Positions 37,002 through 49,716 of a DNA stretch of 64,000 bases are shown here, piece after piece. Each line of letters begins with the position of its first letter. Positions within the stretch are counted from its first letter, which is position 1. The stretch is taken from assembly GCA_038087875.1 (NCBI GenBank), contig CM075992.1, positions 8,310,001-8,374,000 on the forward strand, given 5' to 3'. The notes beneath the pieces were generated by a model. The model made no database searches. It was not told the DNA's origin and saw nothing but the letters and a program-made list of their open reading frames with translations. The translations under genes and the position numbers were made by a program. The DNA comes from Malacoraja senta (taxonomy: Eukaryota).

Positions 37002-37710
37002 ATGGTGGCGCAGCGGTAGAGTTGCTGCCCCATAGCACCGGAGACCCGGGTTCAATCCCGACTACGGGTGCTGTCTGTACGGAGTTTGTACGTTTTCCCT
37101 GTGACCTGCGTGGGTTTTCTCCGAGATCTTCGGTTTCCAAAGTCGTGCAAATATGTTGGTTGATTGGCCTGTTATAAATGTATTTTGGGTGCAAAGGTAC
37201 CTTTAAAAAAAAAAATTGAGGTCAGGTAAGGGGGGATGATAGTTGAAGAGTTGGTATGTCCCATTTGCGTAATGCTCATAAAAATATTTGTTTCTCTATT
37301 TTTCCTCTTTCTCTTTCTCTTTCTTTTCTAGGGTCTATTTCTTAACTCTTTTTCTTTTGTTTTTAATTTTGTTCTTATAGGGTCTTCGTCCTTTTTTGTT
37401 GTCACATTTTCTACACTCACTTTTTCCTTCACTTTCTTCTTTCTTTCAATCTTTTCCTTTTCTAGTGTAAAAAATAAATGGAGTACATTAATTGTAAGAA
37501 GACATAAGTGACGAGTACTAATGTATGTGGTTGTAATGTAATGTACTTCTAATAAATAAAAAATTTAAAATTTAAAAAAAAAAAAAAAAATGTATTTTGT
37601 CCCTAGTGTGTGTGGGATAGTGTTAGTGTGCAGGGATTGCTGGTTGGCGCAGACTCGGTGGGCTGAAGGGCCTGTTTCCGCACTGTATCTCTAAACTAAA
37701 CTAAACTAAG
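37002..37710 (+). mobile_element. HE1-like V-SINE interrupted by an L1 3' UTR insertion
   Basis: SINE head at 37002-37187 and tail at 37588-37710. Confidence 0.85.
37188..37590 (+). mobile_element. Short 5'-truncated L1 insertion (3' UTR plus poly(A))
   Basis: Nearly identical to 60289-60678; AATAAA and A-tail; TSD AAATGTATTTTG at 37176-37187 and 37588-37599. Confidence 0.9.
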
Positions 37711-37957
37711 CAACTCTTATCTGCCTGCACATAACTCCATTCCCTGCATATCCATGTGCCTATCCAAAAGTCTCTGAAACGCCACTATCGTATCTCCCTC
37801 CACCACCATCCCTCGCAGCTCGTTCCAGGCACCCCTCACCCTCTGTGTAAAAAACTTGCCCCGCACATCTTTTGAATTTGCCCCTCTCACCTTAAAGCTA
37901 TGCCCGCTTAGTCTTTGATATTTCCACCCTGGGAAACAGGTTCTGATTGTCTGTCAG

Positions 37958-40900
37958 TGTGGCACGGTGGTGCAGCGGTAGAGTTGCTGCTTCACAGTGC
38001 CAGAGACCCGGGATCCATCCTGACCTCGGGTGCTGCCTGTTTGGATTTTGCACGTGCTCCCTGTGACCGTGTGGGTTTTCTCCGGGTACTCTGGTTTCCT
38101 CCCACATCCCAAAGACGTGCAGGTTTGTAGGTTAATTGGCCCTCTGCAAATTGCCCCTGGTAAGTAGGAATAGACAATAGGTGCAGGAGTAGGCCATTCG
38201 GCCTTCGAGGCAGCACCGCCATTCAATGTGATCATGGCTGATCATCCACAATCAGTATCCCGTTCCTGCCTTCTCCTCATATCCCCTGACTCCGCTATCT
38301 TTAAGAGCCCTAGTTACCTCTCTCTTGAAAGTATCCAGAGAACCGGCCTCCACCGCCCTCCGAGGCAGAGAATTCCACAGACTCACAACTATGTGAAAAA
38401 GTGTTTCCTCATCTCCGTTCTAAATGGCTTATTCTTATCCCCCTTATTCTTAAACTGTGGTCCCTGGTTCTGGACTCCCCCAACATCGGGAACATGGATG
38501 AGAATGTGGGATAACATAGAACTAGTGTGAACGGGTGATCGATGGTCGGCGTGGACTCGATGGGCCAAAGGACCTGTTTGCACGCTGCATCTCTACACTA
38601 AACAAAACAGAGAGATTCAGGAAGGGAATTGAAGGACTTGTCTCAAGCCTGCAGCCATGTGCCTGGGGGCAGTGCTTAAGATACAATACCCAGAGAACAA
38701 AGGGTATATGGGTTACAGGCAGCGGGAGCGGCAAAGTTTTGTCGGGTGTTGTTGCAAAATTTGACCTCTTGTTTACTGTCGGTGACTGCCCCGGAACTTT
38801 GTACTTTGCAAACTTCCCCACAGGGTAATTCAGCAGGGCTGTGGTCAGGTCATTCGCCCACATTCTCTTTTCTAGGGCGGCATGGTGGCGCAGCGGTAGA
38901 GTTGCAGCCTCACAGTGCCAGAGAGAGACCCGGGTTCGATCCTGACCTCGGGTGCTGTCTGTACGGAGTTTGCACGTTCTCCCTGTGACTGTGTGCCTTT
39001 TCTCAGGGTGCTCTGGTTTCCTCCCACACTCCAAAGATGCACCATACAAGTTTGAAAGTTTATTGGCTTCTGTGAATTGTCCCGAGTGTGTGTAGGATAG
39101 AATTAGTGTTTGGGATGATCGCTGGTTGGTGCGGACTCGATGGGCCGAAGGGTCTGTTTCCGCTCTGCATCTCTAAAGTATATCTCAGTGGCCTGGGAAA
39201 CGTCTCTTGTGGGTTAATTGGCTTCTGAAATAATTGCAAAATTATCCCTAGTGTCTAGAATAGAACATTTCCTCCCACTCTCCAAAGACATGCAGGTTTA
39301 TAGGTTCATTGACCTCTGTAAAAATTGTCCCTAGTGTGAAGGATAAGGCCAGGGACCCGGTTTTGATCCTGACTATGGGTGATCTCTGTGCGGAGTTAGC
39401 ATGTTCCCCCTGTGACCGCGTGGGTTTTCTCAGGGTGATCGCTGGTCGGCGCGGACGCGGTGCGCTGAAGGGCCTGTTTCCGTGCTGGGTCTCTAAACTG
39501 GACTGTGCCAGTGTATCCCACTCACAGCATGGATGCTGTTACTGAAACCTTGCCGATCAAAGAGCCGGTGGGGAGGAAGTGTCCGCTCGTGTTGGCACGC
39601 ACTGCCACTGTTTTGTGCGACTGCATGAGAAAGTTAGTGCTTGGAGATTTTGCAAGTCACAGGCAGCTGCAGTCCCCTCATATCCTGGGAGTTCCCCCGG
39701 CAACTAAATCCTGTGACTGCCTTCAAGTGTCAGCTCAAAAAACATGATCGCCAACCTATAATAAACTCGAGTTCATGGAGTTTCATTCTCGGCACGGTGG
39801 TGCAGCGGTAGAGTTGCTGCCTCCCAATGCCAGGGAACTGTGTTTGATCCTGACCGCTGGTGCTGTCTGTACGGAGTTTGCACGTTCTCCCCGTGACCAC
39901 ATGGGTTTCCTCTGGGTCGAGACCCTGAAGGATCTCGACCCGAAACGTCGCCCATTCCTTCTCTCCAGAGATGCTGCCTCACACTCTGAGTTACTCCAGC
40001 AATTAATGTCCACCTTCGATTTAAACCAGCATCTGCAGTTCTTTCTTACACAGGTTTGTGGGTTAACTGGCTCCTGTAAATTGTCCCCTATTGTGTAGGA
40101 TAGAACCAGTCTACGGGGGATCACTGGACGGCACGGACTGGGTGGGCTGAAGGGCCTGTTCCCATACCGTATCACTAAACTAAAATGATTAGACAGGTAC
40201 ATGGATAGGAAATGTTTCAAGGGAAATGGGCCAAACGTGGGCTAATGGGACTAGCGTGGGTTTAGTTTAGTTTAGTTTAGAGATACAGCGCAGAAATGGC
40301 CCTTCGGCCCACCGGGTCCACACCGACCAGCGATCCCCACATATTAACACCATCCTACACACACTAGGGACAATTTTTACATTTTACCAAGCCTATTTAC
40401 CTACAAACCTGTAAGTGTTTGGAGTGTGGGAGGAAACCCACGCAGGTCAGGGGGAGAACGTACAAACTCCGTACAGACAGCACCTGTAGTCGGGATCAAA
40501 CCCAGCTCTCTGGCGCTGCACTCACTGCAAGGCAGCGACTCAACCGCTGCGCCAACTGTGCCGCCCTTGGGGCATTGTTTCGATGCTGTTTGACGCTATG
40601 ATTCAGGGAATCTGCAAGGAGACGGGGCAGAAGCCAGATACAATCAAGCCATCCACAGTGTACAGATGCAGGATAAAGGGAATAAAGTTTAGTCCGCGCA
40701 GTTGATAAGTTCAAGTGATAGAAGCAGATTTAGGCCATTCGGCCCATCAAGTCCATTCTGCCATTCAATCGTGGCTGATCTATCTCCCCCTCCCAACCCC
40801 ATTCTCCTGCCTTCTCCCCATAACACCGATAGGTCTCCGTTGTGACTGGTGCAACATCTCACGGTGCCTCTCACCTCCCGCACCACCCCCACAGCGCCCG

Positions 40901-41640
40901 CCACGGGCACAAGAGGGTACAGGAAGTCTTCCGTACATAGACACAAAATACTGGAGTAACTCAGCGGGACAGCCAGCATCTCTGGTGAGAAGGAATGGGT
41001 GACGTTTCGGGTCGAGACCCTTCTTCAGACTGATGTGTCTCTCCCTTACACATGGTTGCACTGAGGCAGGACGGTTGAGCCTCAGATCCGTTCTCCCGCA
41101 GTCCCGTGGTCTGGGTGATCTCCAGCCTGCTTCTAAAGAGGGAGGAATGTCACCGCGGGACGTTCTCGTTTGCCCACATCAAGCCAGCTTTGTAAAACAT
41201 CTGCCTGCCACATGGTAAAACTCACGACACAGTCAATAGACAATAGACAATAGGTGCAGGAGTAGGCCATTCGGCCCTTCGGGCCAGTACCGCCACTGGA
41301 CACCCCACTTGCCTCTCTCACAGTTACCACCCTCCCCAAACACGGTGGTGCAGCGGTAGTGTTGCTGCCTCACAGCGCCTGAGACACGGGTCCCACCCTG
41401 ACAATGAGTACTTGTCTGTACGGAGTTTGCACGATCTCCCTGTGACCGCATGGGCTTTCTCCGGGTGCTCCGGTTTCCTCCCCACACTCCAAAGACGTCC
41501 GGGTTTGTAGGTTAATTGGCTTCTTTAAATTGTCCCATAATGTGTAGGGTAGTGTTCATGTACGGGGTGATCGCTGGTCGGCACGGACTCCGTGGGCCTT
41601 AGATCCTGTTTCCACGCTGCATCTCTAAACTAAACTAAAC
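37958..41640. mobile_element. Cluster of HE1-like SINEs (e.g. 38876-39180 +, 39790-40185 +, 40260-40566 -, 41341-41640 +) with CR1 tails and Penelope-derived repeats
   Basis: Repeated matches to the SINE consensus and to CR1 3' UTRs. Confidence 0.8.
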
Positions 41641-42287
41641 CCATTGTGGGACATGTCACATTTCACAGGGATGGGTCACGGGTCCATCAGTGTTTCACAG
41701 AGGGGTGAGACCACATCAAAGATTCCCCCCGATGCAGGAGCTTGATCGCCCCGACGCGGAGGGTTCGACCGCCAGCTACGGGAGTCAAGATCGTCCCGTC
41801 AACGGAAGGCTCGAGGCCCCCGACCGCTGGAGAGCAAGGGAAGAGATTGAACTTTTTTTCGCTTTCCATCACAGTGAGGAATGTGGAGGAGTTACTGTGG
41901 TGGATGTTTATGTTAAAATGTATTTTGTGTGGTCTGTTGCTTTTTATTGGTATGAGTGACTTGGCAAATAAAATTCCTCGTATGTTGCAAAACATAATTG
42001 GCTAATAAAGTATTATTGTGATTGTATTATTGTATTGTGTCAAAGAGTGAGGGGTGTATCAGTGTTACAATACGTCTTGCTATATATTAGAGGAAATATA
42101 GGGCTATTTTTGAGTGTAGCTTTGCGGAAGATGTGATGTTTGAGATAGGAGGAATGTGAAAGTCTTATTTCGTCAAAGTGAGATATGACAGTGTTAGCAA
42201 GTGTGAGTGATGAGTGTGGTTAGATCAGGGAGTTTATTTGCGGGAAATGGGATCCATCAGTGCCGGTGTGAGAGACCTGGTGTTTAT

Positions 42288-42691
42288 CAAAGATCCTATA
42301 GCAGAGCAAGATAGACCACTCCTTCTAAATGCAATGGACTGACGTGTAGTACGCAACGGAGCGGAACGTGGGCCTTTTTTTCATCCATTTCAGTAACCTG
42401 ACCCGACCCGACTCGCAGTGTAATCAACGTTGCGGGGGAACAGTTTGTGTTAATAAATTATAATTCTGAAAATGAGGAGAAGATTTTTACCAAAGAACTT
42501 TTATTTTTACGAGGATGTTTCCGTAACCGGCTTCCGTCTCCGCACTAGTATCTTTGCTCCGCTATGGGATCTTTGGTGCGGAGACGGAAGCCGGTTACGG
42601 AAATGGGGCCGAAAATTACCCATGAATCTGCCCATGACCGTACTACGTCTTTTTCGTTGAGTGATCTATCTTGCTTGCTATAGGATCTTTG
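42288..42691. mobile_element. hAT MITE
   Basis: TIRs CAAAGATCCTATAGCAGAGCAAGATAGA / TCTATCTTGCTTGCTATAGGATCTTTG; TSD GTGTTTAT / GTGTTTTAT. Confidence 0.9.
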
Positions 42692-43314
42692 GTGTTTTAT
42701 CAGAACGTTACCATGAGGGTTGTGGAGAGCCAGTGTCAAGGGAGTGTCACAATGAGCAAGAGTCCAGAGCGTTTTATTGTCATTTGTCCCAGACAGAACA
42801 ATGTCATTCTTACTTGCAGCAGCACAGTAGAATCTGGAAACATAGTACACTGTAAACAATATAATAAATAAGAAAAAAAAGTTCAGTGTGTGTGTATATA
42901 TACACATACTCACACATATAGTTTAGTTCAGTTTAGAGATACAGTGCAGAAACAGGCCCTTCGGCCCACCGAGTCCGCACCAATCAGTGATCATCCCGTA
43001 TACTAGCACTGACCTACACACTAGGGACAATTTAAAATGTTTACCTCAGCCAATTAACCTGCAAACCCGCACGTCTTTGGAGTGTGGGAAGAAACCCATG
43101 CAGCACACACAGTCAGGGTGGAACCCGGGTCTTGGGCGCCGTGAGGCAGCAACTCTACTGCTGCGCCACCGTGCCACACCACGAGTTCCAGGAAATATTC
43201 CAGCGTCAATGGTACAGGAACATCCACTCAAATACAAAGTTAGAAATAGCCATTGAATCATTTCCTGTATTTGAATGCAATCAAAACAATTCAAGCAACC
43301 GTCTTAATAGGGAC

Positions 43315-43622
43315 AGCACGGTGGCGCAGCAGTAGAGTTGCTGCCTCACAGCGCCAGACACCCGGGTTTGATCCTGACTACGGGTGCTGTCTGTACGGAG
43401 TTTGTACGTTCTCCCTGTGACCTGCGTGGATTTTCTCCGGGATCTTCGGTTTCCTCCCACACTCCAAAGATGTACAGGTTTGTAGGTAAATTGGCTTGGT
43501 ATAAATGTAAAAATTGTCCCTAGTGTGTAGGATAGTGCTAGTGTGTAGGATAGTGTTAGTGTGCGGGGATCGCTGGGCCGAAGGCACGGTTTCCACGCTG
43601 TATCTCTAAACTAAACTAAACT
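43315..43622 (+). mobile_element. HE1-like V-SINE, near full length
   Basis: GCACGGTGGCGCAGC A-box head, GGTTTGATCC B-box, V core and (TAAAC)n tail. Confidence 0.9.
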
Positions 43623-43629
43623 TATACAA

Positions 43630-44580
43630 GGAGCCCCAGACTGGTGCACAGACAGCCACCCCACGGTCCTTGACAGATCTGGGTCAGGATCCAGTGGCAT
43701 GGAGTCCAAGACGACCGGAGACCCTTTTCTGCTGCAGCCTTCATCCGCCTTCCCAGCCGTTGTGACGCCCCACTAAGGTCAGCCATCGTCCTCCGCCTGT
43801 TCCACCGTTGAGGTCTTAACATAGAAACATGGAAAATAGGTGCAGGAGTAGGCCATTTGGCCCTTCGAGCCTGCACCGCCATTCAATATGATCATGGCTG
43901 AACATCCAACTCAGTATCCTGTACCTGCCTTCTCTCCATACCCCCTGATCCCTTTAGCCACAAGGGCCACATCTAACTCCCTCTTAAATATAGCCAATGA
44001 ACTGGCTTCAACTACCTTCTGTGGCAGAGAATTCCAGAGATTCACCACTCTCTGTGTGAAAAATGATTTTCTCATCTCGGTCCTAAAATACTTCCCCCTT
44101 ATCCTTAAACTGTGACCCCTTGTCCTGGACTTCCCCAACATCGGGAACAATCCTCCTGCATCTAGCCTGTCCAACCCCTTAAGAATCTTGTAAGTTTCTA
44201 TAAGATCCTCCCTCAATCTTCTAAATTCTAGCGAGTACAAGCCGAGTCTATCCAGTCTTTCTTCATATGAAAGTCCTGCCATCCCAGGAATCAGTCTGGT
44301 GAACCTTCTCTGTACTGCCTCTATGTAAGAATGTCTTTCCTCAGATTAGGAGACCAAAACTGTACGCAATACTCCAGGTGTGGCCTCACCAAGACCCTGT
44401 ACAACTGCAATAGAACCTCCCTGCACTTATCTTGGTTGAATTGCTCTTTGTCAGAGTCCTCCCCCTCGACCTTACCGCCATGGGTGGCCCTACCAGGAGC
44501 GTAGCTCCAGACGGCATCGCTCTCAGGATCTCAGATCCACACAAGCTTCTCCACCACGACAAGGTGACAATCCACGGAAA
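43630..44580 (-). mobile_element. RTE-clade 5'-end fragment split by a CR1 fragment (43818-44430)
   Basis: The minus strand begins GGATTGTCACCTTGTCGTGGTGGAG...GGTAGGGCCACCCATGG, resembling RTE/Rex3 5' UTRs. The two halves rejoin as CAACCAAGACCTCAACGG when the CR1 is removed. Confidence 0.55.
43818..44430 (-). mobile_element. CR1 3' fragment
   Basis: ORF 43911-44282 is near-identical to the C-terminus of 47154-48086. Confidence 0.9.
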
Positions 44581-44904
44581 AGCCCAAGAACATATGAACA
44601 TGAAAATCGCTCAAGTATTTTGTGAGAAAGCTGCAGAAGAGCTTTAATATTATCTCTACACTAGCTGTGACCTTCAGCAGAATGGATGAATTTCGCCATT
44701 ATCTCCTTATCAACCAACGTGACGTATTTTTCCTGTCTGCGAGAATTTCTCCTTACTCATTTCAGCTTTCTGTTTATAATGTCTGCTCCTGTCTGGTCCC
44801 CGTCCAAAGAATCATCCATCAGCTGCCCACTGAGGTGATTGCCATCTCCGCTCTTCAGATAACGCAAGGATGTCCAGATGACTTAAATCAACAGAATCTA
44901 ATCA

Positions 44905-45995
44905 GACGTTTCCAGATGACTCTGCAATTGTGGGCTGCATCAGTGAGGGGAGGGGAAGCTGACCACAGAGGTGAAGTCCACGACTTTGTTCAGTGGAAAT
45001 AGACGTAAAATGCTGGAGTGACTCAGCGGGACAGGCAGCATCTCTGGGGAGAAGGGATGGGTGACCAGTCATTAGAAGGGTCTTGACCCGAAACGTCATC
45101 CATTCCTTCTCCCCAGAGATGCTGCCTGTCCCGCTGAGTTACTCCAGCTTTTTGTGTCCATCTTCGGTTTAAACCAGAATCTGCAGTTCCTTCCTACACA
45201 CATTTGTTGAGGGGTGTGGGCTGAATCACCTGCAGCTCAGACTAAGCAGTTGGTGGTGGACTTTAGGAGGAGAGAGACACCCCTGTCCCCTGTCTCCATC
45301 AATGGTGTGGATGTGCAGTTTACCAAGGAGAACAAATGGAGTGTACCTGGACTGTAAACTGGACTAACACTGAGGCCCTGTACAAGCAGGGACAGAGCCG
45401 GCTGTACTTTTTGAGAAGGCTCCACTCCTTCAACGTCTGCAGTAAGATGCTGATGTTCTACCACTTGGTGGTAGCCAGTGCCATCTTCTTCGCTGCCGTG
45501 TGCTGGGGCATCAGGGCGAAGGCCGCGGACGCCAACAGGATCAACAAACTCATCAGGAAGGCTGGCTCCGTCCTGGGGGCGGAGTTGGAGTTGGATTCAC
45601 GGGAGGTTGGTCTTGGAGGGGAGGATGCTCCTCAAACTGCGGAGCATCCTGGACAATACAGCTCACCCCCTCCATGACACACTGGTCAACCTGAGGAGCA
45701 CCTTCAGCAACAGACTGGTTCCACCAAGATGCAGCACAGAACGCCACAGGAGATCCTTCTTCCCTGTGGCTATCAAAGTGTACAACTCCTCCCCCTTCTG
45801 TCATGCGGTAGACTGACTCCCCTCTCCCCCCCCCCCGCCCCTTCTCTCCTTCCACAATCTTTGCACATCCCCAATCCTTTCCACTCGTCACTTTAATACA
45901 TGTTTCCTGTATCTTGTTGTGTTTTATGACTGTTGGCAGATCAATTTCCCTCCTGGGCTATATAAAACTCTATCGTATCGTATCGTTTCGTACTG
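44905..45995 (+). mobile_element. Rex1/Babar-type LINE 3' fragment (decayed), with a nested Penelope-derived palindrome at about 44997-45200
   Basis: [35 protein letters not shown] motifs; (TATCG)n tail. Confidence 0.8.
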
Positions 45996-47099
45996 TATCG
46001 CTTAGCAATTATCGACACAGACAGGGGCTCAGGTGCTAAATTTCTGGATACAGACCATGCTAGATTACTATTACAACACAAAGTATGTCATAAGATCATG
46101 TGATAGGAGTAGAATAAGGCCCTTCATCCCATTGAGTCTACTCTGCCAATCAATCATGGCTGATCTATCTCTCCCTCCTAACCCCATTCTCCTGCCTTCT
46201 CCCCATAACCCCTGACACCCACACTAATCAAGAATCTATCTATCTCTGCCTTAGAAATATCTACTGACGGCCTCCACAGCCTTCTGTGGCAAAGAATTCC
46301 ACAGATTCACCACCCTACAAAGAAATTCCTCCTCATCTCCTTCCTAAAAGAACGTCCTTTAATTCTGAGGCTGTGACCTCTAGTCCTAGACTCTCCCACT
46401 AGTGGAAACATCCTCTCCACATCCACCCTATCCAAGCCTTTCACTATACAGCGAGTACAGGCCCAGTGCCGACAAACGCTCATCATATGTTAACCCACTC
46501 ATTCAAGGGCTATAACACTTGGGCTATACTTGTACTATTACACCAGGGTAAGCGTTCAACCAAGAAAGCCATGCCCAATGCCAAAGCAGTATCTAAACTG
46601 CCTATACACACATGCTAAAGGATAATAACTATCTTCATATACAGTCACTTTAACTCTCCCTCCTATTTCCACACTGACCTTTCTGTCCTGGGCCTCCTCC
46701 ACTGTCAGTGTGACTGAGGCTCGACGCAAATTGGAGGAACTGCATCTCGTATTCGCCTCAGCAGCATAGCACCTCAACCCACGTGGTCACGGGGAGAACG
46801 TACAAACTCAGTGCAGACAGCACCCGTAGTCAGGATCGAACCCGGCTCTGTGAGGCAGCAACTCATATACAACCCAGCGTTGTCTCTATCTCCAACTAAC
46901 CCTTGCTTTCCCTCTCTCTCCATCTCTCCCCCACTCTAGTGCTCTTACTTTTTCTGTCCTCTTGATTAAATATTGCTGATTGTATGCCACGTTGTCACCT
47001 TCCTCTCAGCTAACAGTGAACCATTCTACATTTTCCTTGATCACCGTCCCCTTTGTTCTCTCATTTTCACACCTTACCCATCCATATGTAGGATGGGTA

Positions 47100-48180
47100 A
47101 GGTGCAAAGAGTAGGAGTAAACGGGTCCCTTTCAGAATGGCAGGCAGTGACTAGTGGGGTACCGCAAGGCTCAGTGCTGGGACCCCAGCTATTTACAATA
47201 TATATTAATGATCTGGATGAGGGAATTGAATGCAACATCTCCAAGTTTGCGGATGACACGAAGCTGGGGGGCAGTGTTAGCTGTGAGGAGGATGCTAGGG
47301 GGCTGCAAGGGAGACTTGGATAGGTTGGGTGAGTGGGCAAAGGCATGGCAGATGCAGTATAATGTGGATAAATGTGAGGTTATCCACTTTGGTGGCAAAA
47401 ACAGGAAAGTAGACTATTATCTGAATGGTGGCCGATTAGGAAAAGGGGAGATGCAACAAGACCTGGGTGTCATGGTACACCAGTCATTGAAAGTAGGAAT
47501 GCAGGTGCAGCAGGCAGTGAAGAAAGCAAATGGTATGTTAGCATTCATAGCAAAAGGATTTGAGTATAAGAGCAGGGAGGTTCTACTGCAGTTGTACAGG
47601 GTCTTGGTGAGACCACACCTGGAGTATTGCGTACAGTTTTGGTCTCCTAATCTGAGGAAAGACATTCTTGCCATAGAGGGAGTACAGAGAAGGTTCACCA
47701 GACTGATTCCTGGGATGGCAGGACTTTCATATGAGGAAAGACTGGATAGACTCGGCTTGTACACGTTGGAATTCAGAAGACTGAGGGGGGATGTTATAGA
47801 AACTTACAAAATTCTTAAGGGGTTGGACAGGCTAGATGCAGGAAGATTATTCCCGATGTTGGGGAAGTCCAGAACTAGGGGTCACAGTTTAAGGATAAGA
47901 GGGAAGACTTTTAGGACCGAGATGAGGAAATCATTTTTTACACAGAGAGTGGTGAATCTGTGGAATTCTCTGCCACAGAAGGTAGTTGAGGCCAGTTCAT
48001 TGGCTATATTTAAGAGGGAGTTAGATGTGGCCCTTGTGGCTAAAGGGATCAGGGGGTATGGAGAGAAGGCAGGGATGGGATACTGAGTTGGATGATCAGC
48101 CATGATCATATCAAATGGCGGTGCAGGCTCGAAGGGCCGAAGGGCCTACTCCTGCACCTATTTTCTATGTTTCTATATCT
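47100..48180 (+). mobile_element. CR1 3' fragment (frameshifted RT)
   Basis: [10 protein letters not shown] and FADDTK in one frame, C-terminus in another; 3' UTR present. Confidence 0.9.
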
Positions 48181-49431
48181 CTACGTCTCCCTCTCCCCTG
48201 TGTCTGAAGAAGGGTCTTGACCCAAAACGTCGCCCATCCCTTCTCTCCAGAGATACTGCCTGTCCCGCTGAGTTACTCCAGCGCATTGTGTCTTAAATTG
48301 GAGTGTTCGCTCCTCTTTTCACAAATGCTGCCTGACCTGCTGAGTGTTTCTGCTACTTCCTGTTTTTATCTCAGATTTTCAGCATCTGCAGTTTTTTAAA
48401 ATTTCTGTTTTTGCTTTCTTCTACGTGTGATCCTTGCGGTCCCTGCTAGTGTGTGACAGGATGGGACAGCCTTATTCCTTTAGCACTTTCCCAAATTACT
48501 TCTTATTTAGTCTCAAGTCAAATATGTTTATACTGGGAAGCCTCATTAAATGATTTATTAGGACATGTAAATACAAGGCACTGATAATATTGTGCTGTAG
48601 ATTAATATGGATGTACTGGCCAATTTAGAGTCCTAACAAAGGGAATAAGGCCAATTGCAGTTGTAGCTTAGCTTAGAGATACAGCACGGAAACAGGCCCT
48701 TCGGCCCACCGTTTCCGTGCCGACCAGCGATCGCCCGTTCACACAAGTTCTACTTTCTCATCCACTCCCTACACACTAGGTGTGAATTACACAAACCAAT
48801 TAACCTACAAACACGCACGTCCTGGTTAGAGTGGATGTGGAGAGGATGTTTCCACTAGTGGAGAGAGACAAGCACCAGAGATCATAGCCTAAGAATTAAA
48901 GAACGTTCCTTCAGAAAGGAGATGAGGAGGAATTTCTTTAGTCAGAGGGTGGTGAATCTGTGGAATTCTTTGCCGCAGTTGTCTGTGGAGGTAAAGTCAG
49001 TGGATATTTTTAAGGCAAAGATAGATAGATTCTTGATTAGTATGGAGATCAGCGGTTATGGGGAGAAGGCAGGAGAATGGGGCTAAGAGAGAGAGATAGA
49101 TCAGCCATGATTGAATGGCGTAGATTTGATGGGCCGAATGGCCTAATTCTGCTCATACCACATAGATATTATACATGTTGCCAAGAGCAACTCTTATCTG
49201 CCTGCACCTAATCCATTACTCCCCACTCTGTAGTTTTAGTTTTGGCTTATGTGATGGGGTCAAGGAAAGAGCGTTCACGTCGCGGCCCTGTTTCCACCAA
49301 TCTTCCCACCACCATGCACATGTCAGACACAACAAGACAGACACCACTGTATGCAGATGCCGAGAAGTGTGTTCAGCTCTGGCTGATCAACTTCTAATCA
49401 TGTGTGTGGATTCGATAAGAAGAAGAAGCTT

Positions 49432-49716
49432 TCGAGATACAGCGCAGAAGCAGGCCCTTCAGCCCACCGAGTCCGCACCGACCAGCGATCCCCGCACACT
49501 AACACTGTCCTACACCAATTACATTCATACCAAGCCAAATAACCTACTAACCTGCACGTCTTTGGAGTGTGGGAGGGAACCTAAGTTCTCTTGAGAAAAC
49601 CCACGCGGTCACGGGGAGAACGTACAAACTCCCTACAGACAGCACCCGTAGCCAGGATCGAACCCGGGTCTCTGGCGCTGTGAGGTAGCAACTCTACCGC
49701 AGCGCCTCCGTGCCGA
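49432..49716 (-). mobile_element. HE1-like V-SINE
   Basis: Reverse complement of the SINE consensus. Confidence 0.85.

Noticed and set aside
43315..43385. tRNA-like A/B boxes at SINE heads as real tRNA genes
   Set aside because: They continue into the SINE body and lack a complete cloverleaf.
46560..46585. Minus-strand LGMA resembling the missing upstream CALN1 exon (ELGMAMRS)
   Set aside because: The flanking residues do not match and there are no suitable splice sites.
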